Source: Flavobacteriales bacterium (GTDB lineage: Bacteria > Bacteroidota > Bacteroidia > Flavobacteriales_C > CBFIFL01). Taken from it: 64,000 nt of DNA. The position numbers and the translations under genes are program-made. Positions 20,236 through 30,176 of the stretch are shown in pieces (the stretch's first letter is position 1; each line of letters begins with the position of its first letter). The notes beneath the pieces are model-generated. The model was not told the DNA's origin. It saw only the letters and a program-made list of their open reading frames with translations, and did not search any database. The stretch covers positions 7,147 through 71,146 of the forward strand of contig CBFIFL010000004.1 in the NCBI GenBank assembly GCA_965661855.1, read 5' to 3'.

Positions 20236-21476
20236 AACTGAATATTATATTCTTTTATTTTTCGGTAAAGTGTTCTTTCAGAGATTCCTAACTCACTTGC
20301 AGCTGTTTTTCTTTTACCGCGGTGTTTCTCCAATGCTTTTTCGATCATCTCTTTTTCTTTGTCTGCTAAACTCAACGATTCTTCAACCACAATATTTTGC
20401 TCTGAAGAAAGGTTTGCATCAACAAATTCAGGACTCGGAGTAGTGAAAGAGCTTTGCCCAATAGCTGGTAAAGCTTTTACTTCATTTTGATAAGCTGAAA
20501 CATCTTTAATGATTCTATTGACAATTTCAATGTCTTCGGAATCGAGATCTTTTTTATGCATTAGATCCAATACCAGTTTTTTTAGATCTCCCAATTCTTT
20601 TTTCATTTCGAACAGAACTTTGTACAAGATCTCTCTTTCTGTGAATTTATCAGAACCTGGTGTATCACCTAAACTAGGCACATTTTCACCTTCGTTATCG
20701 ATCGGAATGTACTCAGCCAGTTTATCCAAAGAAATCATTCGATCGGTCTCAATCACAGAAATTTGTTCCGCGAAATTTTTAAGTTGACGAATATTTCCAG
20801 GCCATCTATAATTCAATAAAAGCTGACGTGCTTCATCGTCTAAACGAATGGCTGGCATTCTGTATTTTTCAGCGAAATCATGAGCAAACTTTCTGAACAA
20901 AAGAGCAACATCTTGTTGTCTTTCTCGAAGTGCTGGAATTCGAATTGGAACCGTGTTTAAACGGTAGTATAAATCTTCTCTAAACTTATTGTTTTTTACG
21001 GCTTGAGGAATGTTAACATTAGTTGCAGCAACAACTCTTACGTTGGTTTTGATCACTTTAGATGAACCAACACGGATAAATTCACCTGTCTCTAATACCC
21101 TTAGTAACCTAACTTGAGTAGTAAGCGGTAATTCGGCAACTTCATCCAAGAATATCGTTCCTTCATCAGCTACTTCAAAGTATCCTTTACGGGATTCATG
21201 TGCTCCTGTAAAAGCTCCTTTCTCGTGTCCGAATAATTCCGAATCAATTGTTCCTTCAGGAATAGCACCACAGTTTACAGCAATGTATTTGTTGTGTTTT
21301 CGAGCACTTAAAGAGTGAATGATTTTAGGAAAAACTTCTTTTCCCGCACCTGACTCACCAGTTACTAAAACAGATAAATCAGTAGGAGCCACCTGGCTCG
21401 CTATTTCAATAGATCTGTCTAATTCATTGGAAACTCCAATGATACCGAAACGTTGTTTGATTCCTTGTAAACTCAT
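20232..21476 (-). CDS. sigma-54-dependent transcriptional activator (AAA+ plus Fis-type HTH; no receiver domain)
   Basis: Walker A (GESGAGKE), GAFTGA motif, Walker B and arginine fingers, and a C-terminal HTH (TAASELGISERTLYRKIKE). Only about 10 residues precede the AAA+ core. Confidence 0.8.
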   Translation of the reverse strand: MSLQGIKQRFGIIGVSNELDRSIEIASQVAPTDLSVLVTGESGAGKEVFPKIIHSLSARKHNKYIAVNCGAIPEGTIDSELFGHEKGAFTGAHESRKGYFEVADEGTIFLDEVAELPLTTQVRLLRVLETGEFIRVGSSKVIKTNVRVVAATNVNIPQAVKNNKFREDLYYRLNTVPIRIPALRERQQDVALLFRKFAHDFAEKYRMPAIRLDDEARQLLLNYRWPGNIRQLKNFAEQISVIETDRMISLDKLAEYIPIDNEGENVPSLGDTPGSDKFTEREILYKVLFEMKKELGDLKKLVLDLMHKKDLDSEDIEIVNRIIKDVSAYQNEVKALPAIGQSSFTTPSPEFVDANLSSEQNIVVEESLSLADKEKEMIEKALEKHRGKRKTAASELGISERTLYRKIKEYNIQL

Positions 21477-21477
21477 A

Positions 21478-22842
21478 CTAAACTAATTCTCCAATAAGTG
21501 TTGCACGTGTACAATCCGTTACTTTTACCATTACGTAATCTCCAGGGTTTTTATCCTTTTTATCAAAGATGATGGCCTTGTTTTGATCGTTTCTACCAAC
21601 TAATTGGTCTCCAGATTTCTTACTGACTCCTTCTACCAAAACTTTAAAGGTCTTTCCAATATCTTTTTGATGGCTTTCATGTCTACTCTCCATCTGAACA
21701 TCGATGATTTCTTGCAGACGTCTTTTCTTAACTTCTTCAGGAATATCGTCTTCATACTTCCTAGCAGCCAAAGTCCCTGGTCTTTCCGAATAGAAATACA
21801 TGTAAGCCATGTCGAACTTCGACTTCACCATTAAGTCTACCGTTTCTTGGTGCTCTTCTTCCGTTTCAGAACAGAATCCAGTGATGATATCAGTAGTAAT
21901 ACCACAATTTGGGATGATCTCTCTAATTCTGTTTAGCTTGGTGTCATACCATTCTCGGGTATATGTTCTGTTCATTTTCTTTAAAATACGTGTGTTTCCA
22001 CTTTGCGCAGGAAAATGAATATAGTTGGCTACGTTTTCATTATCACGCATAGCGTATAAAACGTCGTCTGTAATATCTTTTGGATGCGAAGTTGAAAAAC
22101 GAATACGTAAATCAGGACTAACCTGAGCTACCATTTCCAATAACTTAGCAAAATCAATAACTTCCTCTCTCGGAGCTTCTTTTAAAGCGTTTCCTTTTAA
22201 TTCTTCGTTATCTGACCAACGGTAAGAATCTACATTTTGACCTAAAAGAGTGACTTCTTTAAATCCATTATTAGCTAATTCTTGAGCTTCTTTAACAATG
22301 GTATGCGGATCTCTACTTCTTTCTCTTCCTCTGGTAAATGGAACAACACAGAATGTACACATGTTGTCGCATCCTCTCATGATGGAAACGAATGCTGAAA
22401 CACCATTGTCTCCTAATCTAACCGGAGATAAATCAGCATAAGTTTCTTCTCTTGAAAGTAAAACATTTACTGCTTTTTGACCTCCTTCAGCTTGGGTTAT
22501 TAGGTTTGGTAAATCTCTGTAAGCGTCCGGACCAACAACAATATCAACCAGTTGTTCTTCCTCTAAAAGTTTAGATTTTAATCGTTCAGCCATACACCCT
22601 AAAACACCTACCAGCATTCCTGGGTTTGTTTTTTTCTTCCCTTTAATATGTACCAATCGATTTCTAACTGTTTGCTCTGCCTTTTCACGAATAGAACAAG
22701 TGTTTAAGAAAACTAAATCAGCATCATCAATATTTCGTGTAGTACTATATCCTTCTTTCGTTAAAATGGAAGCAACGATTTCACTATCCGAGAAATTCAT
22801 TGCGCAACCGTAACTTTCGATATACAGTTTTTTAGACGACAT
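21478..22842 (-). CDS. miaB: tRNA-i6A37 methylthiotransferase
   Basis: MTTase N-domain ([10 protein letters not shown]), radical-SAM CxxxCxxC (CDNMCTFC) and a TRAM domain. The start is taken at the Met of [12 protein letters not shown] (ATG at 22842) rather than the ORF-track start at 22911. Confidence 0.85.
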   Translation of the reverse strand: MSSKKLYIESYGCAMNFSDSEIVASILTKEGYSTTRNIDDADLVFLNTCSIREKAEQTVRNRLVHIKGKKKTNPGMLVGVLGCMAERLKSKLLEEEQLVDIVVGPDAYRDLPNLITQAEGGQKAVNVLLSREETYADLSPVRLGDNGVSAFVSIMRGCDNMCTFCVVPFTRGRERSRDPHTIVKEAQELANNGFKEVTLLGQNVDSYRWSDNEELKGNALKEAPREEVIDFAKLLEMVAQVSPDLRIRFSTSHPKDITDDVLYAMRDNENVANYIHFPAQSGNTRILKKMNRTYTREWYDTKLNRIREIIPNCGITTDIITGFCSETEEEHQETVDLMVKSKFDMAYMYFYSERPGTLAARKYEDDIPEEVKKRRLQEIIDVQMESRHESHQKDIGKTFKVLVEGVSKKSGDQLVGRNDQNKAIIFDKKDKNPGDYVMVKVTDCTRATLIGELV

Positions 22843-22980
22843 CTGGTTCTCGTCCAACAATAAAGCCTCACCTTGACGTTTCTCGTCCAATACTTTATCA
22901 CCTTCTCTCATAATTCATCCAAATTTGAATTGCAAAGATAGCTAATCCGAAATTTATCTGTCAAAATGACACTCTTTTTT

Positions 22981-23002
22981 ATATAGATATATATATCTAT
23001 AT
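22981..23002. repeat. 22-nt perfect AT palindrome (atatagatatatatatctatat) in the miaB/topA divergent intergenic region
   Basis: Its reverse complement equals itself, verified by hand. Confidence 0.6.
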
Positions 23003-23078
23003 TATAATATACTATCATTAAATATTTGGAGAATCGCTCCAGATTTATTTTTCTTTGCAGTTCAAACGCTTTGAAATC

Positions 23079-25463
23079 ATGGCTAATAAGGTAAAAAACC
23101 TGGTGATCGTCGAGTCACCTGCAAAGGCAAAAACTATCGAGAAGTATCTTGGTAAGGACTACATTGTTAAATCCAGTGTTGGGCACATAAGAGACCTTGC
23201 TAAAAAAGGACTTGGAGTAAATATTGAAGAGAATTTTTCTCCAACGTATGAGATTTCAGAGGACAAAAAACAAGTTGTTTCAGAGTTAAAGAAATTAGCA
23301 AAACAGGCCGAGGTGGTTTGGCTAGCAACGGATGAGGACCGTGAGGGAGAAGCGATTTCTTGGCATCTTTTAGAGGCTTTAGGAGTTAAAGAAGATAAGA
23401 CTCGAAGAGTAGTTTATAATCAGATTACTGAGGCAGCAATTAAAGCTGCAATCGACAATCCTAAAACGATTGATTACGATTTAGTAAACGCTCAGCAAGC
23501 AAGAAGAATTTTAGATAGATTGGTTGGTTTTGAACTGTCTCCAGTTTTATGGAAAAAGGTTAAACCGAAATTATCTGCAGGTAGAGTTCAGTCTGTAACG
23601 GTTAGATTAATCGTTGAGAGAGAAAGAGAGATTCATGCATTTAATGCAGAGTCTTTTTTCAAATTAAGAGCTCATTTTGATATCGAAGGAGATACGATTT
23701 TAAAAGCTGAATTACCTAAGAATTTTAAGACAGAGCAAGAAGCTTTGGATTTTTTAGAATCTTGTAAGGGAGCTAATTATAATATCAAATCGATTGTAAA
23801 GAAGCCAAGTAAAAGATCACCTGCTGCTCCTTTTACAACTTCAACGTTACAACAGGAAGCATCAAGGAAACTAGGGTATAGTGTTTCGCAAACAATGAGT
23901 GTTGCACAGAAACTTTATGAAGCTGGTTTGATTACATACATGAGAACCGATTCTACCAATTTAGCGCCAGAAGCTACTAAAGCTATTGAGGATGAAATCA
24001 CTCGTTCTTATGGAAAAGAATATTCAAAATCTAGATCATATAAATCAGGATCAAAGGGAGCACAAGAGGCTCACGAGGCGATTCGTCCGACTGACTTCAC
24101 GAAGCATTCAGTAGATGCAGATGGTCAGAAATTATATGAACTGATTTGGAAGAGAACCGTTGCATCTCAAATGGCTGAGGCTCAGTTAGAGAAATCAACG
24201 GTGAATATTGGGATTTCAACCAATGACATTGAGTTAAAAGCTAAAGGTGAAATGTTGGTTTTTGATGGTTTCCTGAAAGTTTACATGGAAGGAACTGATG
24301 ATGAGAATGTTGATCATAAAGATCGAAACGGTGTTTTACCTCCATTGAAAGAAGGACAAGATTTAGTTCTTACGGATATGATGGCTACCGAGCGTTTTAC
24401 TCATCACCCAGCAAGATATACGGAAGCTAGTTTGGTAAAGAAACTAGAGGAACTAGGAATCGGTCGTCCGTCTACTTATGCACCAACTATTTCAACAGTA
24501 ATTAAAAGAGGTTACGTTGTTAAAGAAGATAGAGAAGGAGTTGAGAGAAATTATAGAGTAATCAGTTTTGAGAACAATGAGATCAAAGCTGCTGATGCTA
24601 CTGAAATGGCTGGAACGGAAAGAAAGAAGTTATTCCCAACGGATATAGGATCGGTTGTAAATGATTTCTTGGTAGAGAATTTTTCGAAGATTTTAGATTA
24701 CAACTTTACTGCTCAAGTAGAAAAGGAGTTTGATGAAATAGCTTCTGGAAATATGGAATGGCAAAAAATGCTTAGCAATTTTTACACTCCTTTCCATGAG
24801 AATATTGAGTACACAACGGAGAACGCGGATAGAGCTTCAGGAGAAAGAGAATTAGGTTTAGAGCCTGGCACAGGCAAGAGAATTATTGTAAGAATTGGAA
24901 GATTCGGACCAATGGCTCAAATCGGAGAGTCTCCAAAAGAAGGTGATGAAGATGCTGAAAAGCCAAGATTTGCAGGACTTAGAAAAGGTCAAAGTTTAGA
25001 AGATATTACACTAGAAGAAGCTTTAGATTTATTCAAACTTCCTAGAGATTTAGGTCTTTACGAAGATAAAAAAGTAGTGATTGGTGTAGGAAGATTCGGA
25101 CCGTATGTTCGTCATGATTCTAAGTTTACTTCAATCCCTAAAGAAATTGATCCTTTAGAAATTGAATTCGATAAAGCCGTTGAATTAATTGAAGCTAAAA
25201 GACAAGCAGACAGAGAGAAGTTTATTAACTCGTTTGATACGGAGGATGGATTAATCGAAGTATTAAAAGGAAGATGGGGTCCTTATATCAAGTTCAATAA
25301 AAAGAACTTTAAGATTCCAAAAGATGTGGAGGCTGCAGATTTAAGTCTGGAAGAATGCCAAAAGCTGATTAAGGATGGTCCTAAAACCAAAAAGAAAAAG
25401 GTGGTAAAGAAAACTGCCGCTAAAAAGACAACCGCAAAGAAGACAACAAAAGCTAAGAAATAA
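23079..25463 (+). CDS. topA: DNA topoisomerase I with a lysine-rich C-terminal tail
   Basis: TOPRIM N-terminus (LVIVESPAKAKTI) and a Tyr-containing catalytic core. The C-terminus is KKKKVVKKTAAKKTTAKKTTKAKK. The start is set to the ATG at 23079 (MANKVKNLVIVESP). Confidence 0.92.
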   Translation: MANKVKNLVIVESPAKAKTIEKYLGKDYIVKSSVGHIRDLAKKGLGVNIEENFSPTYEISEDKKQVVSELKKLAKQAEVVWLATDEDREGEAISWHLLEALGVKEDKTRRVVYNQITEAAIKAAIDNPKTIDYDLVNAQQARRILDRLVGFELSPVLWKKVKPKLSAGRVQSVTVRLIVEREREIHAFNAESFFKLRAHFDIEGDTILKAELPKNFKTEQEALDFLESCKGANYNIKSIVKKPSKRSPAAPFTTSTLQQEASRKLGYSVSQTMSVAQKLYEAGLITYMRTDSTNLAPEATKAIEDEITRSYGKEYSKSRSYKSGSKGAQEAHEAIRPTDFTKHSVDADGQKLYELIWKRTVASQMAEAQLEKSTVNIGISTNDIELKAKGEMLVFDGFLKVYMEGTDDENVDHKDRNGVLPPLKEGQDLVLTDMMATERFTHHPARYTEASLVKKLEELGIGRPSTYAPTISTVIKRGYVVKEDREGVERNYRVISFENNEIKAADATEMAGTERKKLFPTDIGSVVNDFLVENFSKILDYNFTAQVEKEFDEIASGNMEWQKMLSNFYTPFHENIEYTTENADRASGERELGLEPGTGKRIIVRIGRFGPMAQIGESPKEGDEDAEKPRFAGLRKGQSLEDITLEEALDLFKLPRDLGLYEDKKVVIGVGRFGPYVRHDSKFTSIPKEIDPLEIEFDKAVELIEAKRQADREKFINSFDTEDGLIEVLKGRWGPYIKFNKKNFKIPKDVEAADLSLEECQKLIKDGPKTKKKKVVKKTAAKKTTAKKTTKAKK

Positions 25464-26629
25464 TGGATATCGATATCTTTTTCCAGCCGGTTAATGAGTC
25501 CTTATTACCTGACTCGTTACCAGATGCATGTCTTGGGAATAGCTTAATGGTAAACACAACGGGAGATATTCCTGAATTAACTCAAGTTCAATTAGCCATT
25601 TTTGGAGTAAATGAATCAAGAGGAAATAAAGCTAATCTGGAAGGGAAAAATGCTCCTGATTTAGTTCGTCAATGGTTATATCGTTTGTTTCATCATGGAT
25701 ATGATATCAAGATTGCCGATTTAGGTAACGTTAAAGCAGGGAATGAGATTCAAGATACTTATTTCGCCGTTTCACAAATTTGTGAATCCTTGATAAAAGA
25801 CGGAATTATTCCAATAATTATAGGAGGAAGTCAAGATTTGACATATGCCAATTATCTGGCCTATGAGAACTTAGAGCAGATGGTGAATTTAGTAACTGTT
25901 GATCCAAGATTCGATATTGGTTTGAAAGATGAAACAGTGGATGCATATACTTTCTTAAGTAAGATTGTACTTCACCAACCAAGCTTTTTATTCAACTACA
26001 GTAATATTGGATATCAAAGTTATTTCACTGATCCTAAGGTCTTAGAGTTAATGAATCAACTGTATTTTGATGTGTATCGTTTAGGAATGGTTAGAAATAA
26101 TTTGGAGGAAGTAGAGCCAATTGTGCGAAATGCAGATATCGTTTCTATGGATGTGAACGCGATTAGAAAAGCAGATGCTCCTGGAATTTCCTTTGCATCA
26201 CCAAATGGTTTCAATGGAGAAGAAGCGTGTGCAATTGCTCGATATGCAGGATTAAGTGATAAGCTAACTTCGTTTGGGGTGTATGATTATTGTCCCTCTA
26301 AAGATGAAGATGGTACTACCGCACATTTGGTTGCACAAATGATATGGTATTTCATTGATGGATATTACAACAGGAAGCAAGATTTCCCAGTTGGAGATAG
26401 ATCACAATATTTCAAATATACAGTGGCTTTAGAGTCGAAAGATCACGAATTAGTGTTTTACAAGAGTAACAAAAGTGATCGATGGTGGATGGAAGTTCCT
26501 TATCAAACAGGACAGAACTCGAAGTATGAAAGACATCATTTAGTTCCTTGTTCTTATGCCGATTATGAATTAGCATTAAGAGATGAAATGCCTGATCGAT
26601 GGTGGAAAACCTACCAGAAATTGTGCTAA
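25463..26629 (+). CDS. arginase/ureohydrolase-fold protein (formimidoylglutamase-like)
   Basis: Arginase-family metal-site-like motifs (IIIGGSQD, SMDVNAIRKADAPG). The start overlaps the topA stop (TAATG). Confidence 0.45.
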   Translation: MDIDIFFQPVNESLLPDSLPDACLGNSLMVNTTGDIPELTQVQLAIFGVNESRGNKANLEGKNAPDLVRQWLYRLFHHGYDIKIADLGNVKAGNEIQDTYFAVSQICESLIKDGIIPIIIGGSQDLTYANYLAYENLEQMVNLVTVDPRFDIGLKDETVDAYTFLSKIVLHQPSFLFNYSNIGYQSYFTDPKVLELMNQLYFDVYRLGMVRNNLEEVEPIVRNADIVSMDVNAIRKADAPGISFASPNGFNGEEACAIARYAGLSDKLTSFGVYDYCPSKDEDGTTAHLVAQMIWYFIDGYYNRKQDFPVGDRSQYFKYTVALESKDHELVFYKSNKSDRWWMEVPYQTGQNSKYERHHLVPCSYADYELALRDEMPDRWWKTYQKLC

Positions 26630-26790
26630 AAAGGATACTAAGTCTAAGCTATAAATGGAAGATTAAAGGATTAGAATACAGACCGTAATGCTGATTAATG
26701 AATCAAGGACATCTTTGAATTCATGAAAAAAATCCCTATGTTTATGCGGGCTATGCCCCGTTTTTAGAGTGGTGTAGATAAAAAAATATT

Positions 26791-27750
26791 ATGAGAAAAG
26801 TATTGTTTGCCGCGTTGTTGTTGGTTTCTGGGTTGGTTGTTAACGCTCAACAGGAATACCAAGTGAGTCAAAACATGTTTAATAGTGCTGCGATAAATCC
26901 AGGTGCTGCAGGTATTAATAATGCCATTTGCGCACAATTAATTGGAAGACAACAGTGGATGGGATTCGAAGGAGCTCCTCAAACTTATATACTAAATGTA
27001 AATGCTAACCTTGGTGTTTTTAATTTGCCAGACAACATTGGTGCGGGACTAACGATGTATCAAGATATTATTGGTGCAGGTTATTCTACAACAGCTAAGT
27101 TATCAGGGAACTATCAATTAGGTCTTGCTAACGGAGCCAAGTTAGGATTAGGAATTGATTTAGGAATTATTTCTGCAGGAATTGATCCAACACAATTGAA
27201 TGCATCACAGTTAGGAGATAATACTTTATATGCTTTGTTAAACTCAAATAGTACGGTAACAGGATCTACTTTTACAGGTGGTGTTGGAGGTTTTTATCAA
27301 GCAAGTAATTTATATTTTGGAGTGTCTACTTCTCAAATTTTGGAAAGTGAAACGGTTCATGAATCGGCTTCTATTCAATTAAGAAGACACTATTACATTA
27401 CTGGAGGATATGAAACGCAACCTTTTATGGGAGGTGATATGGTTTTAAAGCCAAGTATCTTTATTAAAACAGACGGAGCAGTTACAACTTTAGACGCAGC
27501 TGTAATTGGAGAGTATCAAAACTTAATTTGGTTAGGAGCTTCTTATAGAACAGGAGATGCCATTGTTGCAATGACTGGTTTGAATATTGTTAGTTCAAAG
27601 ATGAAAGTTGGTTTAGCATATGATTTTACTACTTCGGATATCAGTACTACAAGTAGCTCAGGTTCTGCCGAGTTATTCATAAGATATTGTCATTCGATAG
27701 AGGTAAAAACGAAGAAAAGAATCTTTGTTGATCCGAGTTTGTTGCAGTAG
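26791..27750 (+). CDS. PorP/SprF-family type IX secretion system membrane protein
   Basis: Signal peptide, then the family N-terminal signature (QQEYQVSQNMFNSAAINPGAAG) and a beta-barrel-like remainder. Located immediately upstream of gldK. Confidence 0.7.
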   Translation: MRKVLFAALLLVSGLVVNAQQEYQVSQNMFNSAAINPGAAGINNAICAQLIGRQQWMGFEGAPQTYILNVNANLGVFNLPDNIGAGLTMYQDIIGAGYSTTAKLSGNYQLGLANGAKLGLGIDLGIISAGIDPTQLNASQLGDNTLYALLNSNSTVTGSTFTGGVGGFYQASNLYFGVSTSQILESETVHESASIQLRRHYYITGGYETQPFMGGDMVLKPSIFIKTDGAVTTLDAAVIGEYQNLIWLGASYRTGDAIVAMTGLNIVSSKMKVGLAYDFTTSDISTTSSSGSAELFIRYCHSIEVKTKKRIFVDPSLLQ

Positions 27751-27868
27751 GTAATGTAACCTTATTGTAATAGATCTCGTTTGAAGCAAACGGTTTTTAA
27801 TGTAAAGCAGGTAATAGGTAATAAAATAAATGTAGAATCATCACGTTAGTGATTTAAAGAATTGGAGT

Positions 27869-29209
27869 ATGAAAAAGTTGTTTATGGGTACTGCCTTTGC
27901 AGCTGTTTTAGCAAGTTGTGGAGTAGGAGATAACGGAGAGTTAATTGGAGTTCAGGATAGACAGCAATGGTATCAAGAAGATCCTTATGGAATGAATTTT
28001 ATTCCACTTGGAGCTTTTCACATGGGACCATCTGATCAGGATTTACCTGCAGCTCAAACCGCACAAACTAAAGTAGTTTCTATCCAGTCTTTCTACATGG
28101 ACCAAACAGAAATTACAAATAACGAATACAGACAGTTTACTAACTACGTAAGAGATTCAATCGCTCATAGAATGATTGGTGAAGATCACTTATTGGATGA
28201 AGCTGAGTATACGGAAAGAATCAACTGGAACGAAAGAATTCGTTGGGATGATGAAGAAGATGCTGAAATGCTAGCTGGTTTATTCTTACCAGAAGCTGAA
28301 AGATTCTATAGAAGAAAAGAGATTGATACGAGAAGATTAATGTTCGAGTATTGGTGGATTGATTATAAAACTGCTGCTAAGAAAGCAAATCGTTATTCAT
28401 ACAATGAAAAAGGATTTGATGGAAGAGAAGTAGATTGGGAATACGGAAACGGAATTTCTGATAGATCAGACTTCATCATGCATGAGATTATTAATGTTTA
28501 TCCTGATACATTAGCTTGGGTACATGATTATACTTACTCATTCAATGAGCCAATGACTCAGCAATACTACTGGCACCCAGCATACGATCACTTTCCTGTG
28601 GTTGGTGTAAGTTGGAAGCAATCTGTTGCTTTTGCTAGATGGAGAACAAATCATATGAACGAAAATTACAGAAGGTCTTCTGGAATTACCATTGTAAATG
28701 ACTTCAGATTACCTTCTGAAGCAGAGTGGGAATACGCTGCTAGAGGAGGAAAAGATTTAGCTGCTTACCCATGGGGTTCTCCTTACATTAGAAACTCAAC
28801 GGGATGTTTCTTAGGGAACTTTAAGCCGTTAAGAGGTAATTACGTGGATGATGGTGGTTTACATACAATTATTGTAGCGCACTACTGGCCAAATGATTTT
28901 GGTTTATATGATATGTCTGGGAACGTTGCAGAATGGACAAACAACTCTTTCGAAGAGTCTGCTTATAACTTTGCACATGACTTGAACATGGATTACTCAT
29001 ATAGAGCTGATGAAAATGATCCTCCTGCTTTAAAGAGAAAAGTAATTAGAGGTGGTTCATGGAAGGATTTAGGATTCTACATGCAAACATCATCTAGAAG
29101 CTATGAGTACCAGGATACATCTAAATGTTACATCGGAGTTAGAATGGTTCAAACTTACTTAGGAAGAAGTAAGGGAGATGCTGAAGCTGACGAATCACAA
29201 GTTTATTAA
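27869..29209 (+). CDS. gldK: gliding motility/T9SS lipoprotein GldK (PorK family, FGE-sulfatase-like fold)
   Basis: Lipobox (LASCG). Strong resemblance to GldK (LIGVQDRQQWYQEDPYGM...FHMGPSDQD...FYMDQTEITNNEYRQF). Confidence 0.9.
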   Translation: MKKLFMGTAFAAVLASCGVGDNGELIGVQDRQQWYQEDPYGMNFIPLGAFHMGPSDQDLPAAQTAQTKVVSIQSFYMDQTEITNNEYRQFTNYVRDSIAHRMIGEDHLLDEAEYTERINWNERIRWDDEEDAEMLAGLFLPEAERFYRRKEIDTRRLMFEYWWIDYKTAAKKANRYSYNEKGFDGREVDWEYGNGISDRSDFIMHEIINVYPDTLAWVHDYTYSFNEPMTQQYYWHPAYDHFPVVGVSWKQSVAFARWRTNHMNENYRRSSGITIVNDFRLPSEAEWEYAARGGKDLAAYPWGSPYIRNSTGCFLGNFKPLRGNYVDDGGLHTIIVAHYWPNDFGLYDMSGNVAEWTNNSFEESAYNFAHDLNMDYSYRADENDPPALKRKVIRGGSWKDLGFYMQTSSRSYEYQDTSKCYIGVRMVQTYLGRSKGDAEADESQVY

Positions 29210-29266
29210 TACAGAACAATCAACACATTAACTATACAAGCAATTATTAACACAATCTAGGAAATT

Positions 29267-30133
29267 ATGGGAGGAAGTTATAAGTCAAAGAAAATTAATA
29301 CAATGGCAACAGGTTTTGGAGCCGCAGTTGTAATTGTAGGAGCCATGTTTAAAATTCAGCACTGGCCTGGAGCAACAGTCATGCTTATTGGTGGTCTGTC
29401 TGTAGAGGCTGTACTATTCATCATGGGAGCCTTTGAAGAGCCACATATGGCGGTTGACTGGACAATATTATATCCTGAATTAGATACTTGGAGTGAGCCT
29501 TTAGAAGATGAGGCTGAGGGCGAGCACGATGAAGAAGGAGAACAAAGCTTCAACTTGGATGATTCCTCTGATATCTCTGCAATTTCTGAAGAATCAGGCG
29601 ATGCTGTATCCCAAAAATTAGATAGAATGCTACAAGACGCTAACATTGGGTCTGATTTAATTGAAAGCTTAGGAAAAGGAATGAGAAACCTTTCTGACTC
29701 AGCTTCAAATATGGGTGATCTTGCAAACATTGCACCAGCTACTGAAGATTTCGTAAGTTCAGTGAGTATTGCAAAATCAAAGGTTGAAAGTCTTTCAGAT
29801 AATTATTCAAAAGCTAATCAAACTTTAGATAACTTAATCGCAGCTAGTGATGGTGACGGGGTAAGTTACTCTGAAGAATTAGGGAAAATGTCTAAGAATT
29901 TATCTGAGTTAAATGGGGTTTATGAAATGCAGTTAAACTCATCAGGTCAAAACATTAAACTGAACTCTGAAGTGAATGAAAATATTAGTGCTTTATTACA
30001 AAACTTAAGTGACTCCGTTGAGGATACTAAGCGTTACAAAGAGCAAGTTGCAGAATTAGGTAACAACCTAGAGCAGTTAAATACTGTTTATGGTAATATG
30101 TTGTCTGCAATGAACTTTAACAGACAAGCTTAA
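29267..30133 (+). CDS. gldL: gliding motility/T9SS protein GldL (PorL family)
   Basis: The N-terminus (SKK...GFGAAVVIVGAMFKIQHW) matches the conserved GldL N-terminal TM pair with its Lys/Glu. Confidence 0.85.
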   Translation: MGGSYKSKKINTMATGFGAAVVIVGAMFKIQHWPGATVMLIGGLSVEAVLFIMGAFEEPHMAVDWTILYPELDTWSEPLEDEAEGEHDEEGEQSFNLDDSSDISAISEESGDAVSQKLDRMLQDANIGSDLIESLGKGMRNLSDSASNMGDLANIAPATEDFVSSVSIAKSKVESLSDNYSKANQTLDNLIAASDGDGVSYSEELGKMSKNLSELNGVYEMQLNSSGQNIKLNSEVNENISALLQNLSDSVEDTKRYKEQVAELGNNLEQLNTVYGNMLSAMNFNRQA

Positions 30134-30176
30134 AACATAACAAAAACTTAGTAATAACACTATTAAAAATTAAACT

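Noticed and set aside
26630-26790. Tiny ORF MKKIPMFMRAMPRF in the intergenic region before the porP-like gene
   Set aside because: It is too short, has no RBS context, and nothing to compare it with. It is noted only as a possible leader peptide with no support.
29356-29730. 124-aa minus-strand ORF inside gldL (and similar ones at 30862..31154 inside gldM)
   Set aside because: Antisense to conserved gld genes, with no independent signals.
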